Source: a virus. Taken from it: 64,000 nt of DNA. Made by a program: the position numbers and the translations under genes. Of the stretch, positions 27,201-39,678 are shown piece by piece; position 1 is the stretch's first letter, and every line of letters begins with the position of its first letter. The notes under the pieces are model-generated. The model was not told the origin of the DNA, did no database searches, and worked only from the letters and a program-made list of their open reading frames with translations. The stretch covers positions 1-64,000 of IMG/VR virus record IMGVR_UViG_3300045988_176357. One strand, written 5' to 3'.

Positions 27201-28543
27201 TTAAGCCTTCCAGCTGCGACCCCTTCTATTACATTCACACAGAGATCCACTGCAAGGGCTAGGATATAGTGCCGCCTACGTGGTGTCCTCCTAACCAGCG
27301 GGTCAACTGGGATGTGTGCAGATGCAGAATCAAGGTTCTCAAGATAGGACCGATAAGAGGCAGGCTGCATTCATACGGCAGCTCATCCTAGTGGGCGTAT
27401 CTGCCGTGCAAGGACTATGCTCCCGGATTCAGTACAGCCAGAATAGATATACTTATAGGAGACAGCGTTGACGACAAGAGTCTCCGTGTTTCTTACTATA
27501 AAGGCGTGGCAAAGGCTGCCAACTATGAGTATGACTGCACAAAGATGGATTGTCCGTTTACAACCCTTGACAGCTACAGAAGGCGCTCTGCAGGGAGCTA
27601 CACCTACTACACTACAGTAGGTACAGGCGGGTAGAACGAATACGGACTCCCAAATATAGTGGCGTGGAACTACAGTTGGAGCGACGGACGCACACGGTAC
27701 TTCTATTGCAACCCGCAAGCCAGGGACGCAAGCATATACGTCGGCGTGTGTCTTGACAGCATGTGCTAGGTATAGCCGACAGACGAATAGATGCTCAGCT
27801 GGATAATAGGTGACCTGTCGGATGACTCAAGACTGGTGTCCAGTTATGATTTCCACACAGTGCACTACCACCCATAGGCTTACTGCAGCGATTTCGCCAC
27901 CAAATGGTGCGGATGCAATAATGTCGGTAACCGGAGCTGTAATGCCAATATCAACTCTTTCGTGTATACTACAGAGTATAGCTCAACTCAGACGACAACA
28001 GGTAACTGTACACAGCCGATAACCCATACTATGTACGAGGGCAGCTCTACAGAAGTGGTTTAGGTGTGTAACACTAATTACAGTGCAAATAGCGTAGACG
28101 TATATTTCCGTACTACGCAATGTCTGGGTTACTAGCCCGGCAGCTGGGACTGCTATACATAGTAGGAGTGTCAGCGATATGCTCCTTCCTATATTTTCAG
28201 TTTTTATACAGGCAAGCTGTAGGGCGACACATATACATCCATGTCGTGTGCCGATGCTCTGTGCGGCGATGGAGAGTTCATAGGATACGGCTCAGCAGGC
28301 TACTACGGAACGGGAACGAATAAGCCTTACTTTAGGTTGAGTGTGAACAGATCCTCAGGCTAGAACTATGCACAGATAACTGTAGACTTATCTCAGTACT
28401 CAGTCACGCAGAGTACAGAAGACTAGAGTACCTATACATGGGAGGACGGAGACTGTACGTACACAGATACATTCCACAACACAACCAACATTTCGCAGTA
28501 GATATCAGGCACATTAACCTTTAGAGTTACTTGTTAGGAGTGA
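24209..28543 (+). CDS. giant Cys-rich protein (about 1444 codons, TAG-recoded, about 60 in-frame TAG)
   Basis: Frame 2 is open from TGA 23996-98 to TGA 28541-43 except for TAG codons. Verified codon-by-codon backward from 26165 and spot-checked forward. First ATG is at 24209. Confidence 0.6.
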
Positions 28544-28549
28544 CAGCCA

Positions 28550-29617
28550 ATGCCTTGTTCATGCAAAAAGAAAAGCGACCTCAGTAAAGCGTCTTCTGTA
28601 TTTGTCCCGTCTAAAACGGCCTTTATGCCGGTCAGTCTTACCAGACACTACAAAGCACGTCTGCAGATGTCTGACTCTGCTCCAATCGCAGTGGTCTCCC
28701 CTGCATAGCTTGAGAAACAGCAGGCAGAGGCTCAGCCGGAATAGAAGACCTATCAGGACTCCCGTTATCCGTTCATATATGAGCCGGACAGCACCAAATG
28801 GGATTTCTCAGCTACTACAAAGCCGGATTAGTTGTGCATTAACTGCGCGATGAAACATATCGCTCTTGCGAACGTTCTTATATAGGGAGGCACATATCAG
28901 GATTATGTTGTGGCTGCCGGATAGCTTATGCTTGCAGGCGCTCATTACATGCAGCACAGTCATAACATGGCTCAGTATTGCCGTGTGCTGGCACACAGAC
29001 TGGTAAGGGATATGCGCGACAAGCAGAAGTGGCTTCCCATAATGCAGCTGCTTATGACCTATGCTATGAATCCCTCTGAGGATCTGCAGCCTTTTTGGGA
29101 CCAGGCGCAGGATATGGATGGACTTGGCTTCCTGCATGCCTAGATGCAGGGCTCATACACCGCGTCATTGGTGAATATGGGAGCAGCTTTTTCGTTGTTG
29201 TTCACATAGGTGTCTTATCTGGAGCTCAATAAAGGTTACGCTATAGGATACCTTACAAGAGCAGTCACTATTCCAATACCTGACTTAGGGTTTTCCATGT
29301 CGGATACACCGATGCAGAGGTACACGATACAGAAAGCCAGATAGGAATGGAAGATCATACAGGAGATGACGCAGGATTCTCCTTAGTACTATGAATGCAG
29401 GGACAGATTGCTGCATCTGATACATAATTATATTTCCATGTTTCTGGTGTGTGATAATTAGGTCAGACATGGAAGGGCAAAACGGACTGTGCGCCTGGTA
29501 CCGAATAAGGCGAAACTTGATCAGCTCAGCGACATCGATCTGACATAGAAGATGCGTGATTTCAGACAGAAGCAGCTTCAGGCACGCGCATCAAGCAGCG
29601 ACAGCTCTTCTTCCTGA
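28550..29617 (+). CDS. hypothetical protein (TAG-recoded)
   Basis: ATG 7 nt after the stop of the giant ORF (RBS taggag). Frame 2 is open to TGA 29615-17 with about 10 TAG codons. Contains the track ORF 28928..29143. Confidence 0.5.
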
Positions 29618-29797
29618 CGGCGTTTACAGAAGCTCCTTTTCCCTGTACACTGCATGGAAAAAGGAGCTTTTCCATAACAGACCTGCGCCTATAGCTGGGT
29701 TACATGTAGTAAGTCAGTGGCTGGATAAAAGCGATGCGCAGCTGCATAACGATTTTCTGTTTTCAGTATACCATAGAAGACATCCGAAGATAGCACA

Positions 29798-30154
29798 TCA
29801 GGCAGGCTTCCGATTCCGCAGCTTCCTAAGGAACCCGCACATAAGCCAGTCGATATAGTACGCAGGCACTTCGATCTCAGCGTCGGAGACGCCTGCGCCT
29901 TTCAGTCTGAACTGTACAGCGTGAAGGCACTCATGTGCGAGGGTGCCTATGTGTTCCGGATCACATGGGTCCAACTTCGGCATCCATATGACAATTGCGC
30001 TGCTCAGCTCCATGCAGACAGCATCCACATGGCTCCTAGGATCACCGGGATACGCCTTGTCCTTGCGCACCTCGCTGACAAACTCGTCGAAGTCGCCTAC
30101 ATACAGTACATATCTGCATCGAAACAGGGTATCATACAGCTTAACCTTGTGCAT
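29798..30154 (-). CDS. HExxH metallopeptidase-like protein (ImmA/IrrE-type size), standard code
   Basis: MHKVKLYDTLF..IGTLAHECLHAVQFRLKGAGVSDAEIE. RBS aaggag. No in-frame TAG. Confidence 0.5.
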   Translation of the reverse strand: MHKVKLYDTLFRCRYVLYVGDFDEFVSEVRKDKAYPGDPRSHVDAVCMELSSAIVIWMPKLDPCDPEHIGTLAHECLHAVQFRLKGAGVSDAEIEVPAYYIDWLMCGFLRKLRNRKPA

Positions 30155-30725
30155 TGAGCATCTCCTTCTCTCTGGCATCATACACGGCATAGTTCGTTGT
30201 CGCCCAGTCAAGATCCTCTTCCGTCTTATACAGTACTTCAACGCGCGGCTTGTCACAGTTGCTCAGATTAAGATACACGCTTGCAGGCGCAACAGGATTG
30301 ATCTTCGCGCACTCGACAAGCTTCCACGGAATGTCATAAGGAATGACAAGGTGTCCCCTCGGCAGTGACAGCTTCACGTACAGGCGACCTTCCTTCTCCA
30401 CAAACTTCCAGCCGCCCTTCTTCACGTACCAGCCGTTCAGCTTCTCTACGCACTCATCGTGGAGCTCATGCTCGAGCATCTTTATCGTGCGCTGTCTGGC
30501 TGTAGCAAGGAACGTGTCATGGTTCTTGCTTACACGTCCCTTCAGCATCCTTCTGTATCTGTGCGCTTCGTATGTGTCCAGCTGCTTATTGTGCTCGTGA
30601 CAGTACTGCAACATTTCATACACGACGTCCTTGAAGGTTTCCAATGCCCTGTGAAGCTTGTTGCTGATTCTGGTGCTGACTTCTGTCTCTGCTGTGAACT
30701 GTACGACTTTGATTTCGGGTACCAT
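30141..30725 (-). CDS. hypothetical protein, standard code (upstream partner of the metallopeptidase-like gene)
   Basis: Internal ATG with strong RBS aggag (MVPEIKVVQFTAETEV..). 194 codons with no TAG. Overlaps the start of the downstream gene. Confidence 0.45.
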   Translation of the reverse strand: MVPEIKVVQFTAETEVSTRISNKLHRALETFKDVVYEMLQYCHEHNKQLDTYEAHRYRRMLKGRVSKNHDTFLATARQRTIKMLEHELHDECVEKLNGWYVKKGGWKFVEKEGRLYVKLSLPRGHLVIPYDIPWKLVECAKINPVAPASVYLNLSNCDKPRVEVLYKTEEDLDWATTNYAVYDAREKEMLNAQG

Positions 30726-31050
30726 GAGTGCTCCTGCGTTGCAATGTGTTATATATACCTTATTATAAGTATAACAACAGAACATGAAAGGAGCTTGCAT
30801 GACAGACATCGTCATTCCACTCAGCACATAGTCGAACACGGACAATCTCGAACTCAGAATCGCTCTCAGATCCATATAGAAATACGCACAGAACGTCGGA
30901 AACATATGGATCTATACAGAGGCGGAACTTCCCTGGCTGCGCAATGCGAATGTAATCAAGATGGGAGATCCTGTGAGAGATCTCAAGGATACGAACCTCA
31001 TCAACAAGGTTCTCGCGGCGGCTCACAACAAAGACGTAGCATAGCGATTC

Positions 31051-31524
31051 ATGTTCTGGAGCGATGATCAGCTTCTCACAGGCCCTCTTGATCTGGACAA
31101 GGCTCCTGTTGTGTACAATGTCAGATCCATGCCTCAGTTCGCAGGAGCTCCCAATAAGTGGTACAACAGAATGGAGCACACGCTTAACTACGTGAAGAAG
31201 CATACAGGGCACGAGCTGAAACACAATTACGACGCACATACTCCGCAGCCCTACACGAAGAGCAAAGTCATAGAGGTCTTCGAATCAGTTCCGTACAGGG
31301 AGCAGCCCGGCTTCTGCATCAACACCATTTACTATGGCATGCTTGGCGTACCTCCTGAAGTCGAGCAGACGCAGATCAAACACACCTTCGAGAAGGGCAC
31401 CATGGCTATCCCTGCAAAGATGCTGACATATGCAGGATACGATGACGCTTCCTGGATGCGCGGCGGAGCCTACTTCTTCCTCGGCATGTTCTTTGATCTC
31501 AGCAAGTATGAGGCGCCTAAATGA
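31051..31524 (+). CDS. hypothetical protein
   Basis: Intact 157-aa ORF. Stop overlaps the next start (ATGA). Confidence 0.5.
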   Translation: MFWSDDQLLTGPLDLDKAPVVYNVRSMPQFAGAPNKWYNRMEHTLNYVKKHTGHELKHNYDAHTPQPYTKSKVIEVFESVPYREQPGFCINTIYYGMLGVPPEVEQTQIKHTFEKGTMAIPAKMLTYAGYDDASWMRGGAYFFLGMFFDLSKYEAPK

Positions 31525-33035
31525 TAGTGCTCTCCAGAGGAAAATGCGGTGACATCATTGCACAGTGCTGTTTAGCGCGCAAGAAGTACGAGCAGACGGG
31601 AGAGAAGCTGGAGCTTTACTGCAGAGAACACAAGCCTTTCAAAAAGGGACAGCTGTAGTTCATTGAGCCTCTACTGAAGCTGCAGCCTTATTTCGACAAG
31701 TGCGGCTGGGTGCAGAACATAACGGACGTGCACCCTTAGATACCTTAGCTCACAGAGATCAGCATTAAGCTGGCCAGATAGTACGCAAAGAAGTACAACT
31801 ACTACAGCGCATGGTGGGTGGACGAATAGTCATGGTGGCGGCAGATACCTGCTGTACACAGAGAGACTGATCTAAGATACAGAATACCTCTCGCATACAA
31901 CGAGCCGCTGTAGGAGACCATGCCGCCGTGGATTACAGTTCCGCAGCACAGACATGTACAGGAACCGTATATCATACTTGCTGCAGTACCGAGGTACAGA
32001 TGCTGCACGAACTTTCGCGCGCTTAAGAGACTGTCCGACAAATACCGCATACTGTATATAGGACATCCGCAGGACTACAACGCACTCGCAAAGGATGTCG
32101 CAGAGTACTGTCCGATACAGGATATCATCCATGCTGCACAGCTGATACAGAGCGCATCATTGTTCGTAGGGACTCAGACGCTGTTCACCTGGCTCGCATA
32201 GTCGATGGGTGTAGACAGAATAGTCTCATGTTCACCTGTATTCAAGGATACTCACATGCGCTGCACGAAGGGATTCAAAGGCGCTTTCATGTACCCTGCA
32301 TAGCTTGCCTTGATGCTGCGAAGCTGGGAGTGCCACAACGGGCTGCAGACTTCTGTCGGCTATGTGATAGGCACATACGGAAGCCCTGCTTACATCGACC
32401 TGCAGCTTGCTCTGCACAAAGGCAAGTGGGGACATGACGTACTTGTGTCCGATGACGGTTCGCAGGATCCCGGGCTCGTGCAGGTGTGCAGTAAGTGGAA
32501 TGTCCCTCTTGTCGGCAACAGGGATCAGCGCCTTGGCCACCAGGTCGGAGACCTTGCAGTATACAAGCGCGGGCTGCAGTATTTCAAGGACAAGGACTGG
32601 ATGGTGAAGCTGTCCAGGCGTTTCGTCTGGATGCAGGACATGCAGGACACAATACAGCAGCACGACAGGCTCTGCTGGAAGCCCTGTCTGAGTTCCTGGT
32701 GGATTGCGAAGCCCTCGCTTAAAGGTCAGGCGCTGACGACCAGCTGCATCGCCTTCAACAAGGGCGCCATGCCTGAGTAGATCGTACAGGACTTCGGCAG
32801 CATGGACATCAGGTCCACCTACATGTAGAAGTATATCTACAGATGGCTGGCACAGTACTACGGCGCAGAACCTTTCACATAGTGGAGCGAAGTGTACACA
32901 GCTCCGGGAAGATGCGTCACTGCCGACAGCATACTGTGGAGATAGAAGAACACCCCACAGGACTACTATAAGCTGTCGCAGGAATTGGGACTTCAGTGGG
33001 AACTGAAGGATTTCCAGGACATCATAACAGAATAA
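31521..33035 (+). CDS. hypothetical protein (TAG-recoded, about 17 in-frame TAG)
   Basis: Frame 0 is open from TAA 31518-20 / ATG 31521 to TAA 33033-35. Contains track ORFs 31920..32201 and 32310..32780. Confidence 0.6.
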
Positions 33036-33064
33036 CGCTGTGTCCTTAGGAAAAAGGACATGCC

Positions 33065-33688
33065 ATGAACAGACGCGTACTGCTGTTTCTGCTTAAGCTG
33101 TTGTTCAGTTACAAGCGGAATAAAGCCAAAGTTATAGATGCCATAGGCAAGATCCGTATCAGCCTGTTTCCCATGTGGGTGCTGTATCAGCCTTTCCCTT
33201 ACAAAGTGACCGGACAGGACATACAGATGGTGCAGAACAGGATACAGCCCGGTGACATAATACTCACAGGCTGCTCATGGAAAAAGCTGTAGGATCTTGT
33301 GGTGCCCAACAGGTACAGGCTGACACACGCAGGTATCTATGTTGGTGACAATACAGTAGTGCATGCTGTGACGAGCGGTGTATAGTAGCTGCATATTGTG
33401 GACTTTCTCAGATGCGACCGCGTATGTGTGCTGCGTGTCGAAGGCGACCATGAAGCTGCGATAAGACGCGCCATACGTTTCATAGGATAGCCTTATGACT
33501 TTGATTACAGACAGGGCTAGGACGCTCTGTACAGCTTCTAGCTGTGCGCATGCTGCTACAGGTAGCTGTAGTTCCAGAGGAAACCGCTGAAGCTGTTCTG
33601 GTTTACGTTGCCGTCCATATGTGGCAAGTACTATTACGACAAGTCCTTCGTGGACTCCGAATACTGCAAGGTGATATATGAGTGCTGA
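33065..33688 (+). CDS. permuted papain-fold / NlpC-P60-like peptidase (putative cell-wall hydrolase), TAG-recoded
   Basis: PGDIILTG..HAGIYVGDNTVVHA motif after an N-terminal signal-like helix. Frame 2 is open to TGA 33686-88. Confidence 0.5.
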
Positions 33689-34250
33689 AATAAATGACTA
33701 CTCAGGGTGGATGTACAGTCTGCCTCCCAATCCTCAATAGAAGGACTGGAAACAGCTGGCGACTAAACTGAAGTCCTATATAGAGTCGCCTAAATTCATG
33801 CGCACAGGTTCTACGTACGCATAGGTTGACCCTGTGTCAGGCAAGCTTGTGAAGCGCCCTGTGTCCGATGTCGTGCACAAGGTATCACCATAGGACAAGA
33901 CAGGAGTGAAGGCTTAGGACCTCAGAAGCATGATCCAGCAGGCAGTCGTTACAGGCGATAAGCAGCTGCTCAGAGACGTTTCCAGGTACAAGTACATCAC
34001 TGCGCATAAATTCGTTTCATAGAAATAGATGCAGAAATAGATGGACAGGCGCAGGAGACGCAGACTGGCGCTGACTGCTTTGATTCTGGGAGGAGCTGGA
34101 ACTACAGCGGGGCTGCTGCCTTTCATTGCCAATAAGGTATCAGGTTATCCTGACCAGGCTTCCACATATACGGATGCTCTGAAGCTCGCAGGTATCGGCG
34201 CCGCAGCAGGCATTGGAACCGCAGGGCTTATATAGAGTTTCAGGTGAGTA
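33678..34250 (+). CDS. membrane protein with Gly-rich C-terminal TM segment (TAG-recoded)
   Basis: Frame 0. Ends ..RRRRRRLALTALILGGAGTTAGLLPFIA..GIGAAAGIGTAGLI. End coordinate is approximate. Confidence 0.35.
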
Positions 34251-34322
34251 GGCAGATAAATGAGTTCACATTATTGCTGAGTAGGCAGAAAACTACATCA
34301 GTAGGCAGAATATAGGATCAAC

Positions 34323-34724
34323 ATGGATAAACAAGCATATTTCAAGATGATGAGCCTGTGCAAGGACTAGGCATTGAAGCTGCCTAAAGGCACGCTGTCC
34401 AGAATAGGCGGAGCAATTTTAGGTGCAGGTAAAGCCGCGATCAATCCGCAGACGTACAGAAATGCGTACAAGGGCGTAAAGGACGTTGCTCCTACCGCAG
34501 TTAAAGTTGCTGTCCCTGTAGGTGCTGTGGCTGGTGGTACTGTTGCTATGAATCAGGCGCATAAACTTGGCGCATAGCGAGGAGCGGCACAGGCACGCAA
34601 CTAGATGGCGGACAAAGCTGTGGCCGCATATAATAAAGGACTTCAGCAGGGAGCTGCAAGCAAAGCAGCTCAGCCCGGTTTCTGGCAGCGGCTTCTCGAC
34701 TACATAAAGAGCATTTTCAAGTGA
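34323..34724 (+). CDS. small Gly/Ala-rich protein (TAG-recoded); paralog of the next gene
   Basis: Starts MDKQAYFKMM, as does the gene at 34732. Confidence 0.4.
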
Positions 34725-34731
34725 GACATAT

Positions 34732-35474
34732 ATGGACAAACAAGCATACTTCAAGATGATGGGCCTGGATAAGCAGGCGGCTATTGATCCTCAGACACTC
34801 AAGAACATCCTGCTCGGCGCCGGAGCTGGTCTCGGTACCTATGCACTGTCGAGCTTCCTTCCCGGAGCAAGACAGAACAGGCTTGCAAGGCTTCTTGCGT
34901 CCCTTGGTGTTGGTCTTGGTACAGGTTATTTCGGCAACGACATTCGGAACTGGTTCAGCAACAGACAAAGCAAGAAACCTGCAGCTCCTGCTGTATCCAA
35001 TGCCGCCGCGCAGGCTGCTATCCAGAATCTGAAGACGCCTGCTCAGGTAGCGAACCAGATATAGGCTGCAGGAAGGCAGACAGCCGAGGCGCCCTCTACA
35101 GAAACAACGGCACCCAAAGCTGCGGCTCCTGCTGCTGCGCCTACTAAGGATCCGGACTAGGCGAAGATAGACTAGGACGTAGCTGCAGGCATGCGTGAAT
35201 TTCAGCGAGATGTTGCAAAAAATCCTATAAGGTATATGAATGCCAGTCCTGAAAAAGCTAGACAGTATCTTTATAAGGCATATAAAGCAGATCGTGCTGC
35301 CAGGGGGGCTGCTAAGGGCTATCCATACAAAATTAACCCCATCGCATTAGGCAGACAGGTCTATATGTAGGATTTCTATCCTGAAGCAGACAAAGATGCA
35401 CACGAAGTTCTCTATGGACCTCTTGGCAGAGGTGTGGTAAATTTCATGCTCAACAGAGGCGGCCGGGACCTGTG
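34732..35474 (+). CDS. Gly-zipper membrane protein (TAG-recoded)
   Basis: MDKQAYFKMMGLDKQ..LGAGAGLGTYALSSFLPG. Frame 1 is open to TGA near 35472. Confidence 0.4.
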
Positions 35475-35884
35475 ACTAAGGCGTAGCCTACGAAGGATAA
35501 TTGAGTATATGCCCTTAATGTAGCTCTTTTAGGTGGCTTTGTTGCTTTAACTAACAAATGAGATTATTCAAATGGCATTTAAGAACTACACACTGACAAC
35601 TGCTGTGGACACATAGCAGATACTGTGCACAGCTGCTCCTACGACTGATATAGCTATTGTCTCCATATAGGTGTACGGAGGAGCACAGGGAGGCACTGTG
35701 ACGTTCACAAAGAAGCAGGGAGTATCACAGATATTTAAATTCGTACTGCCGGTAAAAGCTTAGGAAACAGTAGCAATAGATCACAAGATCTTTGTGCCTG
35801 CAGGCTACACGTACACCGCTACAGGATCATCTTCAGGAATGCAGATCTGCGCCAACGCAATGTAGATGACTGTGTGAGGTTCAG

Positions 35885-38767
35885 ATGTTCACAAGTTACA
35901 AGCCATAGCAGTTCACCAGATACCCCACTACAATAGTTCCTGACTTAAGCGCAGGATTCGATACTCCGGAAGCCACAATATAGCTTCTTGGAGTTTCCGA
36001 CAGCGCATCCGTTACAGTCACTGCCACAGGGCCGAATACAGCCAAGAAGTTCCGGTTCAACTTCAAGCTTCCAAAGGGACATGATGGTGCCGCAGGAGGC
36101 TTTGCTTAGCCTGTGGCAACTGCGCAGCAACTTGCCTAGAACCAGTCGCCCACTGTTCAGGTTACTGCATCCGGACCATCTTCAGCTAAAGTGTTCGCTT
36201 TCGAATTCGGCATTCCAAAGGGTGCGACCGGACCTAAGGGATAGAAGGGCGATACAGGGCAGCAAGGTCCGAAGGGCGATACAGGAGATACAGGACCTCA
36301 GGGATAGACAGGCGCTACCGGAGCAACGGGTCCCGCCAATACGCTTACCATAGGCACAGTATCTTCAGGTGACACTGCCGCAGCTACCATTACCGGTACA
36401 GCTCCCAACCAGGTTCTGAATCTGACATTGCCTAAGGGTTAGCGTGGTGCCAGCTTCACTGTCGATGCTACCGGCTTATTGTCCTAGAGGCCCACGTACG
36501 ACGCACAGACCAAAGGGTTCTCGTTCCTGGCTACGGATACTGGTAACTTGTACATCAAGCAGTCGGACACATCCGGCGACTGGTCTTAGGCTATTCCTTT
36601 CAGAGGGGAAGACGGAGCTGCAGCCGGTTTCGGCATACCCGTTGCATCCGCTTCTTCATTATAGCCCGCTCAGAATCCTACTGTCACTGTAACAGCTACC
36701 GGTTAGAACACAGCAAAAGTGTTCAACTTTACATTCGGCATCCCCAAAGGCTAGAAGGGCGAAAAGGGAGATCCCGGACAGGCTGGTGCTCAGGGAGCTG
36801 ACGGTGCACAAGGCCCATAGGGACCCGCAGGTCCTGCTAACACGCTTACCATAGGCACCGTCTCTTCCGGCGGCACTGCCCAGGCTTCCATTACAGGTGA
36901 TGCGCCGAACCAGACACTCAATCTTGTACTGCCTAAAGGCGACAAGGGAGACCCGGGAGCAGACGGTGCACAAGGAGCGGACGGAATCACTCCTCATATA
37001 GACGACACCACAAAACACTGGTTCATAGGTGATACGGATACAGGTGTCAGCGCATAGGCTATTCCCGGCGTCACTACGTATCAGATTACAGAAGTCGATT
37101 CAGGCAACTATGCTACTATATACAGCAAGAATGTTCCTGTAGGGCTGAAGACAAACACAGGCACGTATTATCCTATATAGAAGAATACGGTTACTCTGAG
37201 TGACAGCAGCTGCAGGATACACCTTATACCTTATCTCAGTTACGAAGGCACTGATACATTCACTCCTCCGTGGACGTTGTATGTAACAGGTGCAGGCGCT
37301 GACGGGCAGCCAGGCAAGGACGGTGTGGCTGGCGGCTACGGCAATGTTCTCGGCGGGTTAGGTATGCGCATTGCAGCATACACCTCTGATTCAACTACAG
37401 TAACCCTTACGCTTGATGACAACTCAGATTCCACTTTCGACTGGAGTGTACTGCAGCCGTCATCAGTTGTCCGCATCAATAACACAGGCGGCGATCATCT
37501 CGTAGACAGCGACGCACAGTAGTAGCTGTACTACCTGAAGGGCTATATCAGCAGTGTCAACCAGGCAACTAAGAAAGTTGTCATCGATGGATGGTACTAC
37601 GCATAGTCTCAGTAGCGCAGAGAGATAAGTTCCAACATCAGTTCGTAGGTCCAGCAGGAACAGTCCTGGCTGTACATTACAGATGAAGCCAGACGCGATG
37701 CCGCTTTCAGTACAGGCGACAAGAACTTCGTCACAGGACACAGGGCCGTCGCAAACGGCTCATGGAACACTGTCGCAGGCGATATGGCACATGCCTCGGG
37801 AGGTCTCAACACAGTAGCAGGAGATCTCAGCCACGCTTTCGGTACAGCCAACAATGTACAAGCTGAAAGCGCTTTCGTAGCCGGTGTTGGTAACACAGTA
37901 AAAGAAACTGCAGGCCTGTCCATAGTTATTGGCGGCAGCAACGAAGTGCAGGCTTTCGGCTCCACCATTATTGGCAGCAATAATACAGGTCTTACCGGCA
38001 CGAACATGACTGCCATAGGTAACAGTAATGAAGGCTCCGGTACGCTGAGTACTGTTATCGGTAATAATAACACCATTAATGGGCAGTCAGGCAGAGTACT
38101 GGGCTTCGGCAACACCATGAACGCTCAGTTCGGTACACTGATAGGCATGCACGGAACGCTGGACAGCTATGCGTAGAACAGAGGAGCGTTCGCAGTTGCA
38201 ATAGGTTAGCTCGATCAGGCGCAGCTTCCTTTTATAGTGCGCGGATACAAAGCTGTACTGAATCCCCTGTTCAACTCAGACAGCACATCCTAGTCGCAAT
38301 TCCTTCTTCTGAACCCGAAGGACAGAACAGGCTAGCACAAGTACAACTCATAGCCTGGCTGCTCGGTGAGCTATATGGGACATCTCCTGGGCAACACATT
38401 CACTACGGACGCCACAGGTACCATAAGCCTGGATCATGACTTCTACAGCAGATGGGTGCTCACAGGAACAGGTGCCGTCACATTGCAGGCGGACAACTGG
38501 GTGGACGGAGATACAGGACACGTTGTAGTGGACACATCGAAGCAGACAATCAGCATTCCTGCTACATGGATCACAGGAGGCGCTGACATCGTGTCGACTC
38601 CTGGTATATATGTGCTGGAGCTGGTAAAAGTGAACTAGACCATATACTACAAAATAGTGTATCCTAATACAGAATCCTCAGGAAGCACCGGCACAGGGCT
38701 GGCGGTGGTCGTGAGTTCCACTCAGCCCTCGAACCCTGTAGACGGCATGATCTGGATACAGGAGTGA
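35885..38767 (+). CDS. tail fiber with collagen-like Gly-X-Y repeats, phage-fiber repeats and YadA-head-like repeats (TAG-recoded)
   Basis: Frame 2 is open from TGA 35867-69 to TGA 38765-67. RBS gagg before the ATG. GPKGQKGDTGQQGPKGDTGDTGPQG..; repeated ANTLTIGTVSSGDTA..APNQ.LNL.LPKG modules. Contains track ORFs 37277, 37784 and 38366. Confidence 0.7.
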
Positions 38768-38771
38768 TGTC

Positions 38772-39479
38772 ATGAGCGTGTCTGTATATAAGGGAGGCAC
38801 GTGGTATCCGCTGGCTAATTAGAGGATATTCAAGGACGGCATACCGCATGGCATCAAGCACAATGACTACATGTACTATGACGGCTAGTGGCACAGAATA
38901 TCCGACGAGTATATGGGCCGGATAATAATGACTCCGCAGACACATAACTCAGGCTCTGCCTCTGTGGATTCAGCAAAGAGTTACATCAGCGTGACAAGAG
39001 ACGGTGGCTCCCCATCATACATAACCGCATTTCCCGCTACCATACAGGTCAATTCATAGGTCACAGTCATATAGGGGGATGCTCTTGTATTCTCGTGCTC
39101 TGGTACGCAGCTGCAGTCACTCACATTCAGCGGCATGATTCCTTTGCTGAATTTCCAATGTGCCAGCTGCGGGCTCACCTAGATAGACCTGTCGGCATTC
39201 CAGTACCTGCGCACCTTGAATATACAGCGGAATGAGCTGACTTCCCTGGATACCAGAATGCTTAGCCAGCTGTACCAGTTATATGCGAATAATAACAGCC
39301 TGACTGCACAGAACATAGACCAGATACTGCAGTTCTTTGCTTACTCAGGAATAACAGGAGGCACCTGCTATCTGCAGGATCAGACGACAGGGGCAGGTCC
39401 GTCCTCTACAGGGCTGACTTATAAGTCTTCCTTATAGAGTAAAGGCTGGACAGTAGTGGTTGATCAGGGGAGTAATTGA
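38772..39479 (+). CDS. LRR protein (TAG-recoded), counterpart of the standard-code LRR gene 18710..19642
   Basis: ATG with RBS caggag. ..LTSLDTRMLSQLYQLYANNNSLTAQNIDQIL. Frame 0 is open to TGA 39477-79. Confidence 0.6.
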
Positions 39480-39678
39480 GGCCAGCTACAGCTCGTCCTT
39501 AAGTGATAGCGCATTTGTACCGATCTCGACAAGAAATCAGTATAGCTTGTACGACATGAACCAAGCAGGCACAGCATAGTCATATCTGATATTTACCAGC
39601 ACAAACATCACTCCGTGCTTCCGATAACATCTGCTGTATGTTTTCCGCATAACACAGTATGAACCTATAGGAGAACAT

